Translations under genes and position numbers: made by a program
Assembly (NCBI GenBank): GCA_000004985.1
Contig: GG738874.1
DNA from: Naegleria gruberi
Taxonomy: Eukaryota
Direction: 5' to 3' (one strand)
Length of the DNA stretch: 64,000 nucleotides
Notes under the pieces: model-generated
What the model saw: only the letters and a program-made list of their open reading frames with translations
Databases searched by the model: none
Told to the model about the DNA's origin: nothing
Shown here: piece by piece, positions 31,265 to 40,198 of the stretch
How the letters are laid out: the number at the start of each line of letters is the position of its first letter
How positions within the stretch are numbered: the first letter of the stretch is position 1

Positions 31265-33988
31265 ATGGAGCAACAACCTCAAATGCCACCATCAGCAAAT
31301 GGCATCAATCAGCAAGTCAAACCACACCCTTCTCAAACACAACATATATCCCCAAGTGTCAATGGAGGTGTGATGGATGGTTTACCACCGGGATCAGGTC
31401 AAGCTTTTGTTCAACCAGCACACCCTCACGTCCATTATCATCATGTTGATCCAAATATGCAAAGAAAACAAGTGATCCCTCCACAAGTAATAACCCAAAC
31501 AGGAACACAAATGCCATCTTACTATTATCCACAACAACCATATTATGCTGTACCTGGACAACCATATGGTATGTCACCACAATCATTTCCATATGCACCT
31601 TATGGTTATCAATATCCATATGGTGCACAAACAGCATATCCACCATATCCACACCAAGGACACCAACCTCATACAGTTCCTCCTATCCCTAATCAACCTC
31701 AAGTTACACAAGTTGTTGCTAAACCTGCAACACCATCAACCACTCCTAAACAGAAAAAAAAGAAATCTAAACCTGTTAACCAATCTAATGCTATTTTCCC
31801 TAGTCAATCTAAATCGATATGTCCAACTGATTCATTCAATGTTGGAAGAAAGAATGAAATTCTCTATTTGGTGGAGGGGTTTACAATGGATAGAGTTTTA
31901 CAAAATATTAATGTGCATATCCAATCAGGAAATGAGGTCACTATATCAGAAAAGCAAGTTTTGAAAATAGATATTTCATCCCTGGAAGGAAAGGCCCTCA
32001 AAATTCAAATTTATATTTGTCAGCTCAATGTGGACAAAATTCAAGACACAACAATACCATTACATTTATTTATGGAATATCCAGTCAATAGTGAAGAATT
32101 AGAATTCCAAGATTTATCGTTTACTTACCAACCAAATCTCTCCAACGCAAGATCTCTCTATTTTTTGAGATTTGTCCTTTTGGAAACTGTGGATAAGGTT
32201 GATAAGGTTGTAAATTTCTGTGACAGCTGTAATTTTATGATAGTATCTCCAAGTAACAAGAAGAAGAAGAGTACTTCTTCACAACCAACACCTACAATTC
32301 AGCACAATACTACTATACCGCCTGCTACTTCGACAACACCAACACTTCCTTCTCTCCCTCAAAATAATGTTTCATCCTTAACAAAACCCCCATCTAAGGG
32401 AGGTGAGGCCCCAACTGTAGAATTCTTGAAGCGATTAATTTCCACAGCGCCTAAAAAAGAACATTTGAGCCATTGGAATAATTTCATGGTTACTCTTGAT
32501 CAATTGAATGTGTATGATGGAAACTTTTTAAAGAAAGCTGAGGACATTTCTGACAGCATCAAGAGGGGAGGAAGATTCTCTGTATATCCTTGCATTGAGC
32601 AATGCTGCCCTTCTTTTGGACCAATCAGAGGAGGAATACAAGTTAGCATTAACGTGAAAGATTTAGATGTTTATGATGAAGATGATTTATCAATTTTTAT
32701 TGATGATATCAAGATTTCAAAGAAGGATATCACTTCTATACGACCAACTAAAATAGAATTTTATTTACCTGCACTGAAAGGATCACGTATTCCAGGCCAA
32801 GTAGATGTTTCTATTTCTGTAGATAATGGATTTGAATGCTATTCTCATGTATTGTACAATTCTTTTGAATACGTCCTTGATGAGGAATTTGAAAAGAGGA
32901 AGGGTACTATTCCTATGAAGGAAAGATCAGCTACTGGTCTTGTACAAGTTGTTACTATCAAGCCAATCAATGGTACAGCAGAAACTAATGAAGAAGAATA
33001 CGGAGATATCAACGAAAAAATGGATATCTATAATGGAGAATCTTGTCAATACAGTTCATGTATCCACTTTGAACGTGGATATTTGGATAGCTCAAAGTTA
33101 GATCCAAAACAAAGGTTCATGTGGGTTCTTCGCAGAGCTGATTCTGAGAGTCTCTATGGTTCTCAAGTTGCTAATGAAGATCACGCAGGTGTAATATTGA
33201 GAGGTGAAGCGATACTTAACAAGACAAAGATGGCAGACATTTTGGAAATGTGTTTTGAAATTGATAGAAGAATATCAAGTGAAAAGCTTGGAGTTGCAAT
33301 GAGTTTGCAACTTTTTGATAGAGAGACAAAGAAATACCTGTATACATCTAAGGCACTTCACATTCTTACCAGACCACCAAAGCCAGTCCAATACAGCAGT
33401 TTCAATGAAGACGAACGTGTTCTTCAACTTTTAGATAAGATCAAAACAAGAAAGAGAAGACGTGGCAGAAATGCTATTGCCTTTGATCCTAACTTGAACT
33501 CCCTAGGCCAGCCAATGACACATGCACTCTGCCTTTCAGATAATGAAGTTGAAATTCAAAAATCATTCCAACAATTCCATTTGGAAGTGAATGACCAATT
33601 TTCCAGAAGTCCTTTCCACTTGGCTTTTGCTGCAGGAAATTTGAATGCTGTAAAATTCTTTATGGAAAAGATTGCAGTCTCTCCTCACATTTATTTATTC
33701 CAGAGAGATTGTTATAATCAAACACCTTTCCATCTTGCGTTCAAGTTTTACAGGACTAAATTCCTGGTTGAGTGTTGCGCATTCCTTAAAGAAAAACTTG
33801 ATAAGTCAACAAATAGGAATGAAAATTCTCAAAATGTTGATATCTCTCCAACTGTCCAACAGAAACAAGATAAAAAGAGAAAAACACCTTCATCATCCAA
33901 TGAAACAACCAAACGAACCAAAGTTGAAGTCATCAGTTCCTCTGACGATGAGGAAGAAACCAGTCTCCACCTGCAAGATGATGAATAA
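31265..33988 (+). CDS. IPT/TIG-domain + ankyrin-repeat protein with prion-like Q/P/Y-rich N-terminus (SPT23/MGA2- or CAMTA-like architecture, no TM anchor)
   Basis: 907-aa ORF. The N-terminal 150 aa are rich in P/Q/Y. The central IPT/TIG-like beta-sandwich is IRGGIQVSINVKDLDVYDEDDLSIFIDDIKISKKDITSIRPTKIEFYLPALKGSRIPGQVDVSISVDNG. The C-terminal ankyrin-like repeats are SPFHLAFAAGNLNAVKFFMEK…TPFHLAFKFYRTKFLVECC, and the tail is acidic. Confidence 0.5.
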   Translation: MEQQPQMPPSANGINQQVKPHPSQTQHISPSVNGGVMDGLPPGSGQAFVQPAHPHVHYHHVDPNMQRKQVIPPQVITQTGTQMPSYYYPQQPYYAVPGQPYGMSPQSFPYAPYGYQYPYGAQTAYPPYPHQGHQPHTVPPIPNQPQVTQVVAKPATPSTTPKQKKKKSKPVNQSNAIFPSQSKSICPTDSFNVGRKNEILYLVEGFTMDRVLQNINVHIQSGNEVTISEKQVLKIDISSLEGKALKIQIYICQLNVDKIQDTTIPLHLFMEYPVNSEELEFQDLSFTYQPNLSNARSLYFLRFVLLETVDKVDKVVNFCDSCNFMIVSPSNKKKKSTSSQPTPTIQHNTTIPPATSTTPTLPSLPQNNVSSLTKPPSKGGEAPTVEFLKRLISTAPKKEHLSHWNNFMVTLDQLNVYDGNFLKKAEDISDSIKRGGRFSVYPCIEQCCPSFGPIRGGIQVSINVKDLDVYDEDDLSIFIDDIKISKKDITSIRPTKIEFYLPALKGSRIPGQVDVSISVDNGFECYSHVLYNSFEYVLDEEFEKRKGTIPMKERSATGLVQVVTIKPINGTAETNEEEYGDINEKMDIYNGESCQYSSCIHFERGYLDSSKLDPKQRFMWVLRRADSESLYGSQVANEDHAGVILRGEAILNKTKMADILEMCFEIDRRISSEKLGVAMSLQLFDRETKKYLYTSKALHILTRPPKPVQYSSFNEDERVLQLLDKIKTRKRRRGRNAIAFDPNLNSLGQPMTHALCLSDNEVEIQKSFQQFHLEVNDQFSRSPFHLAFAAGNLNAVKFFMEKIAVSPHIYLFQRDCYNQTPFHLAFKFYRTKFLVECCAFLKEKLDKSTNRNENSQNVDISPTVQQKQDKKRKTPSSSNETTKRTKVEVISSSDDEEETSLHLQDDE

Positions 33989-34075
33989 ATCTTTAATTGT
34001 TTTTTGAATAAACTAGTATTGATTCACATAAACATATTATTGTAGTAAAGAGTTCAAATATTTAGTGGAAAAAAA

Positions 34076-35452
34076 TTGCGCCAACTCTCATTTTCGTTCC
34101 CAAAAAAATTGATTTCTTTTTGCTTGCGTTTTGTTGAAGAGGAAAAGAATTTTTCTTCGGAGATGATCAATCAACCAAACGCTATTGAAAATTTAATGGT
34201 AATTCGAAAGGATGATGATGACGCCAGTCTCCTGTACAATAACAATAAGGAAAATAATTTATTTCATTCATCAAAGAATAGAGAAATATTACCCACTACG
34301 AGTACGAGTACTTTTAATTCAACAACAAATTCAATAATTGTGAAGCGAAGTGATGAAGCGTGCAATGTTGTGAGTAAGAACGGAGAGGAAAGAATTCCAC
34401 TCTCTGAATTAAATGTAAATACACTGAAGAGATTAAATAGTACTATCGAGTCTTCAAGTCAATTGCCTTTGGAAAAGAAGAAGAAATGTCAGCATGTTAA
34501 AGATGATATAGATTCTACAAGAAGAAAGGCCGAATCGATATGTGGTACTTCCTCTTCTTCAATAGAGATTACTAAATTATCGGAATTTAGTTTCCTATTG
34601 GAAAGAGAGAAAAAGCAAAATAATGTTTATTATTTCAACTCGAATGACAATACCCAAAACTCAATTCTCACAACCATGTACGAGAGTATCGTTCATAGCA
34701 TGTGTGAATTTCACCAAAATTGTAAATACATACATTTGAGATATTGTACAGAACAAAACTCTGATATTTGTAGATATTGTTACACAAACGAACATGTTTT
34801 TAGTATGGTATGTAGTAGTTTTAATTGTTTTGAAATTAATTTCGAATTGTAGAGCTATATGTTTGCGAGAAGACTTTGTTTTAGTTGTAGCTCATCCTCG
34901 AAAATTGCCCAGACTGTAACCAAAGTTAAGGGCGAGAATCAAACAAAACAATTTTTTAAATTAATGGCCTCCTCCTTATATAGAATTGCACTCAAAGTAG
35001 CAGATCTATGTTTTCCTCTTCCAACTCAAAATACCTTTTCGAAATACATCTCAAAAGAAAGTTATGCTGCAACAGCACTTCCAAATATGGAACTACAAAT
35101 TCTTAATTTATTTAATTATGATCATTTACTTGCAACAACTCCTGTGAGTTTTTTGTCTGTATTGATGAATGGTTCAATGTGTTGCGATGATGCATTGACA
35201 AATATGTTATTCAGAATGAAAATAGAGGAAAGAGTTATTGAGCTCTTTACAAAGTTTGAATTTCTTACAAAACTGGAAGCATTTAATATCCCACCTTCAA
35301 AATTATGTTGTGGCGCATTGTCTCTCGCAAGAAAGGAGCTCGACTTACCTTCTTGGTCGGAACCCTTACAACAATTAACGACCTATCAATTGAGTGATTT
35401 TGAAGATGTCATTTCCTTCTTTTCCAAATATTCAAACACCTCCAATAATTAA
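34076..35452 (+). CDS. cyclin-like protein (tentative), two exons joined by an in-frame 45-nt intron (34808–34852)
   Basis: Track ORFs 34076..34852 and 34859..35452 share a frame and are separated only by the TAG inside GTATGT…TTGTAG. The C-terminal part has a cyclin-box-like helix (MELQILNLFNYDHLLATTPVSFL). The true start may be the ATG at 34163. Confidence 0.4.
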
Positions 35453-35487
35453 AACAAATCATTCTAATATTTTACAATTGAATTTAT

Positions 35488-36210
35488 TTAGAAAAGAATG
35501 TAACGCAACAAAATTAAGAAAATCAAGATACCAAGAATGATAAGTGGTATCTTGTACTTTTTCCATAAAGTTAATTTGGCCAGTTCTGTTGCACCAGTTT
35601 TGAACTTTTTAGCTCCATCCAGTATTTCATTACTCATATTACTCATTTGATTTAATTCTTCTCCTCTTCCAATAACATCCGAAAGATTCTTCTTAATAAT
35701 TTGGTGTACATCATTTAATTCATCTTTAAGAGTTTGAATATTTCTCTTTGTACGAGAATCAGTATAGATTCTTCTTGTTTTTTGAATAAAGGTATCAAAT
35801 TTCATAAAGGCATATGGTCTTTCCACTTTGTGCACTTCAGAACTATAAAGTTGTTCAAATTCCTTCTTTAATTCTTCCAAGAAATTGTAAGCCATTTGTG
35901 AACTGTACGATTTTTCACAAAGAGTCATATATATTACACCCATACTTGTTAAACTATGGAAAACCATTGAACCACTATCAATACTAATCTTTTCATTTGA
36001 ATTTGATCCAAAAAGTGATAACTGTTCCATAATTTTTTTACGTTGATTCTTGTATTGTTCAAAAGCATCAGGTTGATTCTTCTTATTTGCATTATTAGCA
36101 CCACTTGGATTTACTTTTACATTAATTTCATCATCACCTTCCTTTTCATCAATAGATTCAGCCAACGGAAGTGAATCAGAAATACGAGCAATATAGGTAA
36201 GCTTGAGCAT
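35488..36210 (-). CDS. SEC22: R-SNARE Sec22 (longin domain + SNARE motif + C-terminal TM)
   Basis: MLKLTYIARISDSLPLAESIDEKE… aligns with the Sec22 N-terminus (MIKSTLIYREDGLPLCTSVD). The SNARE heptads are NIQTLKDELNDVHQIIKKNLSDVIGRGEELNQMSNMSNEILDGAKKF with the conserved R. The TM segment is IPLIILGILIFLILL. Confidence 0.8.
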   Translation of the reverse strand: MLKLTYIARISDSLPLAESIDEKEGDDEINVKVNPSGANNANKKNQPDAFEQYKNQRKKIMEQLSLFGSNSNEKISIDSGSMVFHSLTSMGVIYMTLCEKSYSSQMAYNFLEELKKEFEQLYSSEVHKVERPYAFMKFDTFIQKTRRIYTDSRTKRNIQTLKDELNDVHQIIKKNLSDVIGRGEELNQMSNMSNEILDGAKKFKTGATELAKLTLWKKYKIPLIILGILIFLILLRYILF

Positions 36211-36454
36211 CTCTAGAGTTTCGGATTTGTATTAAACAGAAAAAAAGTCCTCCGTATAATGATGAGGTATTTTTTTTAATAGATTTTGTGATGACGTCGT
36301 TTGTTTTTTCTACCGCTCATCATCTTCGTCATCACCCGATATTTAATTTTAATTCGTAGGATGATGATGAAAAGGAGTTCAACGTATGCGGTGAGTCATC
36401 ACATGATTTCAACAGAGTTCATTTATCTGTATATTTCAAAGAAGATTGGGAGAG

Positions 36455-37081
36455 TTAAAGTAAATGAGGATTTTGTTGAAGTTTTTCGAATAGAATGTCT
36501 GCAATTCGATCATAACCATCTGGAGTGAAATGAATTGGATCATCCCAATATTTGGATTGTTCCTCTTCTGTGCATTTACAAAAATTCAATTCTTCCATTA
36601 AATCAATGAACAATAGTTTCGGATTTTTAGATTTTTCAACAAATTCTCTAAGGGCATTGTTGATTTTTGATTTCTTATTGAGATATTCAGATTTTACATC
36701 AAATGCACTTGATGGAATGGAGCAAGCTACCACGAATCTGAAATGATTATATTGTAAACATCTTTCATACATTTCAATCAAGTTTCCAATAGTATCATCC
36801 GATTCACAAGATATTAAATCATTTGTTCCTGCAATGATAATGACACCGTCAAAGGATTCAGGTGGATAATAATTGAATATTTGATCAAGACGAATTTTCA
36901 TCCTATCAGTCCTTTCACCACTCAATCCGAAAGGTTCAACATGATATGGAATATTCTTTAAATTTGAAAGTAATTTAGAAAGTCTAGTTGAGTATGGATG
37001 AAATTTGAGACCATTACAGTAGAAACCTGCAGTGATTGAAGCTCCAAGTGCCATGATATTGATGGGTTCCATTTCTTGCAT
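36455..37081 (-). CDS. SGNH/GDSL-family hydrolase (IAH1/PAF-acetylhydrolase-like esterase)
   Basis: 208 aa. Block I is IMALGASIT (GDS-like with the nucleophile Ser). Block III is GTND-like (IIAGTNDL). The C-terminal DxxH is DDPIHFTPDGYDRIA. Confidence 0.55.
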   Translation of the reverse strand: MQEMEPINIMALGASITAGFYCNGLKFHPYSTRLSKLLSNLKNIPYHVEPFGLSGERTDRMKIRLDQIFNYYPPESFDGVIIIAGTNDLISCESDDTIGNLIEMYERCLQYNHFRFVVACSIPSSAFDVKSEYLNKKSKINNALREFVEKSKNPKLLFIDLMEELNFCKCTEEEQSKYWDDPIHFTPDGYDRIADILFEKLQQNPHLL

Positions 37082-37297
37082 TTTTATTTAAATTGTGTTA
37101 GAATCATTACAAAGTTTTATCCAGTTCCAAAACATTTGATTTTTATCAATTCCACATCAAGATTTTAACTTTATTGCTGGTTTGGGTTATTGTTATGAAT
37201 TTAATAATGGTATGTCTACATTCGCATTCGTTAGGAGTTGCATTATATTAAATATTTAATAAATTATTTAAAAACCCATGACAAACCCACCTTCTGG

Positions 37298-38035
37298 TTA
37301 ATCTTTGGACTTTTTATATTCAAAAGGAATAATCCAATCCTGTATATCATAATCACCTTGCTTCCAAATTCCTCTTTTAACAAAAGTAAATCCACATTCT
37401 TCATCCTCAATATCATATAGAACTTTCTGCTTTCCATCTTTTTTCAAATCGGGAACCACAAAGTAATAATAAGGTTGCTCATTGATAACGTAAGACACGC
37501 CACAATTACAAAAGTAAAGCTTATGCTGTCTATTATTGACATAAATTTTTCTTTCTGCAAATACATGCTTGTCAACTTGAGTGACAGCATGCTTTGGACA
37601 GTCGATTGGTCTCACAATTTCAAAGTATTCCTCAAAGTAAACATCCGTATCTTCCTCATCCTCCTCTTCTTCTTCCAGCAATACTTTCGGTAACATTATT
37701 CTATCCAGTCTTTCCCCTAAGAAAAACAATCTGTTTTCTTCATCAGTCAATTTGCATTCCAAGATTCTTGTCATGATTCCTTTAAGTTGTGTGAACATAT
37801 TTTGAAATGATTTCTTAATGCCATTTAACTCTTGAGGAGAGAGATTAACATCATCAGAACGAGCGTCCTTTTTCGATAATTTCATAACCTTTACCTTAGT
37901 ATTCACCAATTTTGAAAGACATCTCTTGTAATCGTATTGGGCCAGAATTTTCTTGACCATATATTTTGGAACAATATCATATTCAATAATGTCTCTAATC
38001 AATATGTGAGCACATGTATGAGGTGAATGAATCAA
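37298..38035 (-). CDS. hypothetical protein (245 aa) with acidic linker
   Basis: ATG ORF. No motif recognised. Confidence 0.4.
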   Translation of the reverse strand: MIHSPHTCAHILIRDIIEYDIVPKYMVKKILAQYDYKRCLSKLVNTKVKVMKLSKKDARSDDVNLSPQELNGIKKSFQNMFTQLKGIMTRILECKLTDEENRLFFLGERLDRIMLPKVLLEEEEEDEEDTDVYFEEYFEIVRPIDCPKHAVTQVDKHVFAERKIYVNNRQHKLYFCNCGVSYVINEQPYYYFVVPDLKKDGKQKVLYDIEDEECGFTFVKRGIWKQGDYDIQDWIIPFEYKKSKD

Positions 38036-38420
38036 TTCGTGATGATATTTATCCAGAACAGCAAAGGTACGGGAGTTTTAGTGGACAGGTTAGCAGCATT
38101 CTTATTCTTCATGTATAACACCGATTCACGAGAAGATGATAGTAGTTTGTATTTTTTAAAATATGCCAGGTTTTGAGATAATGGTGGGCTTAGAATTTAA
38201 CGAAAATGGTTTGCCTGTTGTTTGCCTTCTTGATGTGTTTTGAAGCACTACAATTTCCTTTTTGCTTAATTTTATCTCAAAACGCGGCATTAATAAGCTT
38301 GTTCAAATGAACTTGTCGGGCTATAAAGGATAATAAATACTATGAGATGTGTTTACTGTGTGAGGTGAGGTTAATTCTATTTACATGACTATAATTGTGC
38401 GTGCCTAGGATGATGAAGTT

Positions 38421-39940
38421 TTAATTCTTAGTTTTCTTTTTTGATGAGGATTGTTGGTCTTTAGTGGATGGCTTTTTCCTCTTTTTTGGATCGTTCTCTC
38501 CTTGTACTGCTTGTTGTTGGGAGGAACTTTGTTGAGGTGGAATTGAGGATTGTTGCTGCGGAGGGACTGTAGGTTGATGCTGGTGTGAATGATGATGTGT
38601 TCGTTGGTGTGTATTGTTTGGATTATTTGGAGGAATTGGTTGCTGAGCATTAATGGGAGCCTGATTTTGAACTGGACGATCTGCATGAATGGTTTGATCA
38701 GGATAATTGTATTGTCTTTTTTCAAAACAGCTATTCCAATAATTATTTTTCATTTTCTTTTTAAAATATACTTACTAGGAATAATTCTTATTCTGTTCAA
38801 AGAGTCGATGTTTAAGGGCTTCAGATGCTGTTATTCTTTTTGATGGATCATAACACAATAGTTGTTTCAATAAATCCATCTCTGGTGAGTCAGGTGGTAG
38901 CTCTGTATGATTTTCCAAATTTGGTGTATATTTTGGTATAGTTCCAATCATTTGATAAAAATCCAAATCCTTAATTGTTGGCCAGTCTGCCTCTGTTGGA
39001 GTTCCAAGAACTGAAAATATTTTCTCCAATTGATCTCTTTGAAATTGTTCCTTATTGTTCTCTCTGCCTTCAAATATTGGTTTGGTAGTAATGAGCTCAT
39101 TAAAAATACATCCCAAACTCCAAATATCCACAGCTGGAGTGTAATGCTTAGCTCCAAGTAATAATTCAGGAGCTCTAATACATAGAATATTAATATTAAT
39201 ATCGAGTATCACATGAACACATACCTATACCAAATGGTGACAACAGGTCCATCATCTGCCAATTTCCTGAGTGGATCTTTAAATACACGAGCCAATCCAA
39301 AGTCAGCAATTTTTATAACACCTCTGTCATTACCTTCATCATGTATCAATATGTTTGCAGGTTTCTTTTCAAAATAAGTGTAAACTTCATTAATATAACT
39401 TACCAAATCTCTGTGTATCACCTAATTGAGATTAATAGAATATTCCACATTCTAACTTACCCATGCTTTGTGTAAATAATCCAATCCACATAGCATTTGA
39501 TACAATATTGACCTCACAACTCCTTTATCCAATTTAGGGTGTAGTCGTTTGTTATTCATATCCGTAATTTGTTTCTTATGATAATGCAATAATTTCTCCA
39601 AATCCAATTTACAATAAGGTGTTACCATGTAGAACAACCCATCAGATTTATCCAAAACAATATCTTTAACTTTTAGAATGTTGGGATGATCCAATTCCTT
39701 CAATAACTATAAAATTTAATCCAAATTGCCAACAACTGTTTTAACACTTACATTGATTTCTCTACAGATCGAGAAGGGAATACCTTCACTCTCTCTTGCC
39801 AATTTTAATTTGAATGATTTGATGGCCACTCTGTGACTTGTTGGAATTTCTTTTATATTTGATTAGTAACGAGATCCGATCGGAAATACCTACCTCTGGC
39901 CAATTTTACAATCTAACCCCATCATTAATATATTAAACAT
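38421..39940 (-). CDS. CDK8: cyclin-dependent kinase 8 (Mediator kinase module), 7 exons: 39895–39940, 39752–39837, 39461–39706, 39404–39421, 39225–39364, 38776–39178, 38421–38730
   Basis: The CDK8-specific signature is [18 protein letters not shown] (human SMSACREIALLRELKHPNV). HRDL|KPANIL is split by a 39-nt in-frame GTAAGT…AAAAG intron. The activation segment [35 protein letters not shown]|[12 protein letters not shown] matches human [47 protein letters not shown]. The C-terminus is Q/P-rich. Introns are 38–57 nt, and the track shows the pieces as separate ORFs. The first coding exon and glycine loop are not fully resolved. Confidence 0.8.
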
Positions 39941-40198
39941 TTAACTGATTTTACGTACACCATCTGTTAGCAAAAATTATTACAACAATAACATCGGAAC
40001 ACTCTACTTACAAGCTCCTTCACCGATTCTATATCACAATAAAATTATCAATTTAATTATCAAAACACATACTTTCCAACCAACTCATAACGTTGATCCA
40101 ATGTTTTATACTTTTTAAATGTTTTGTCTTTCAACCGACTTGTCATTTTTTTTTGATTAAATGTAACGGAAATTTTGTTGTTTTGACAAAATTGGTTT

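Noticed and set aside
23572-38311. Shared 13-mer AATGAACTTGTCG in two intergenic regions (23572 and 38299) as a possible regulatory motif or repeat
   Set aside because: A back-of-envelope expectation for exact 13-mer coincidences in 64 kb of AT-biased sequence is tens of pairs, so this is not significant without enrichment analysis.
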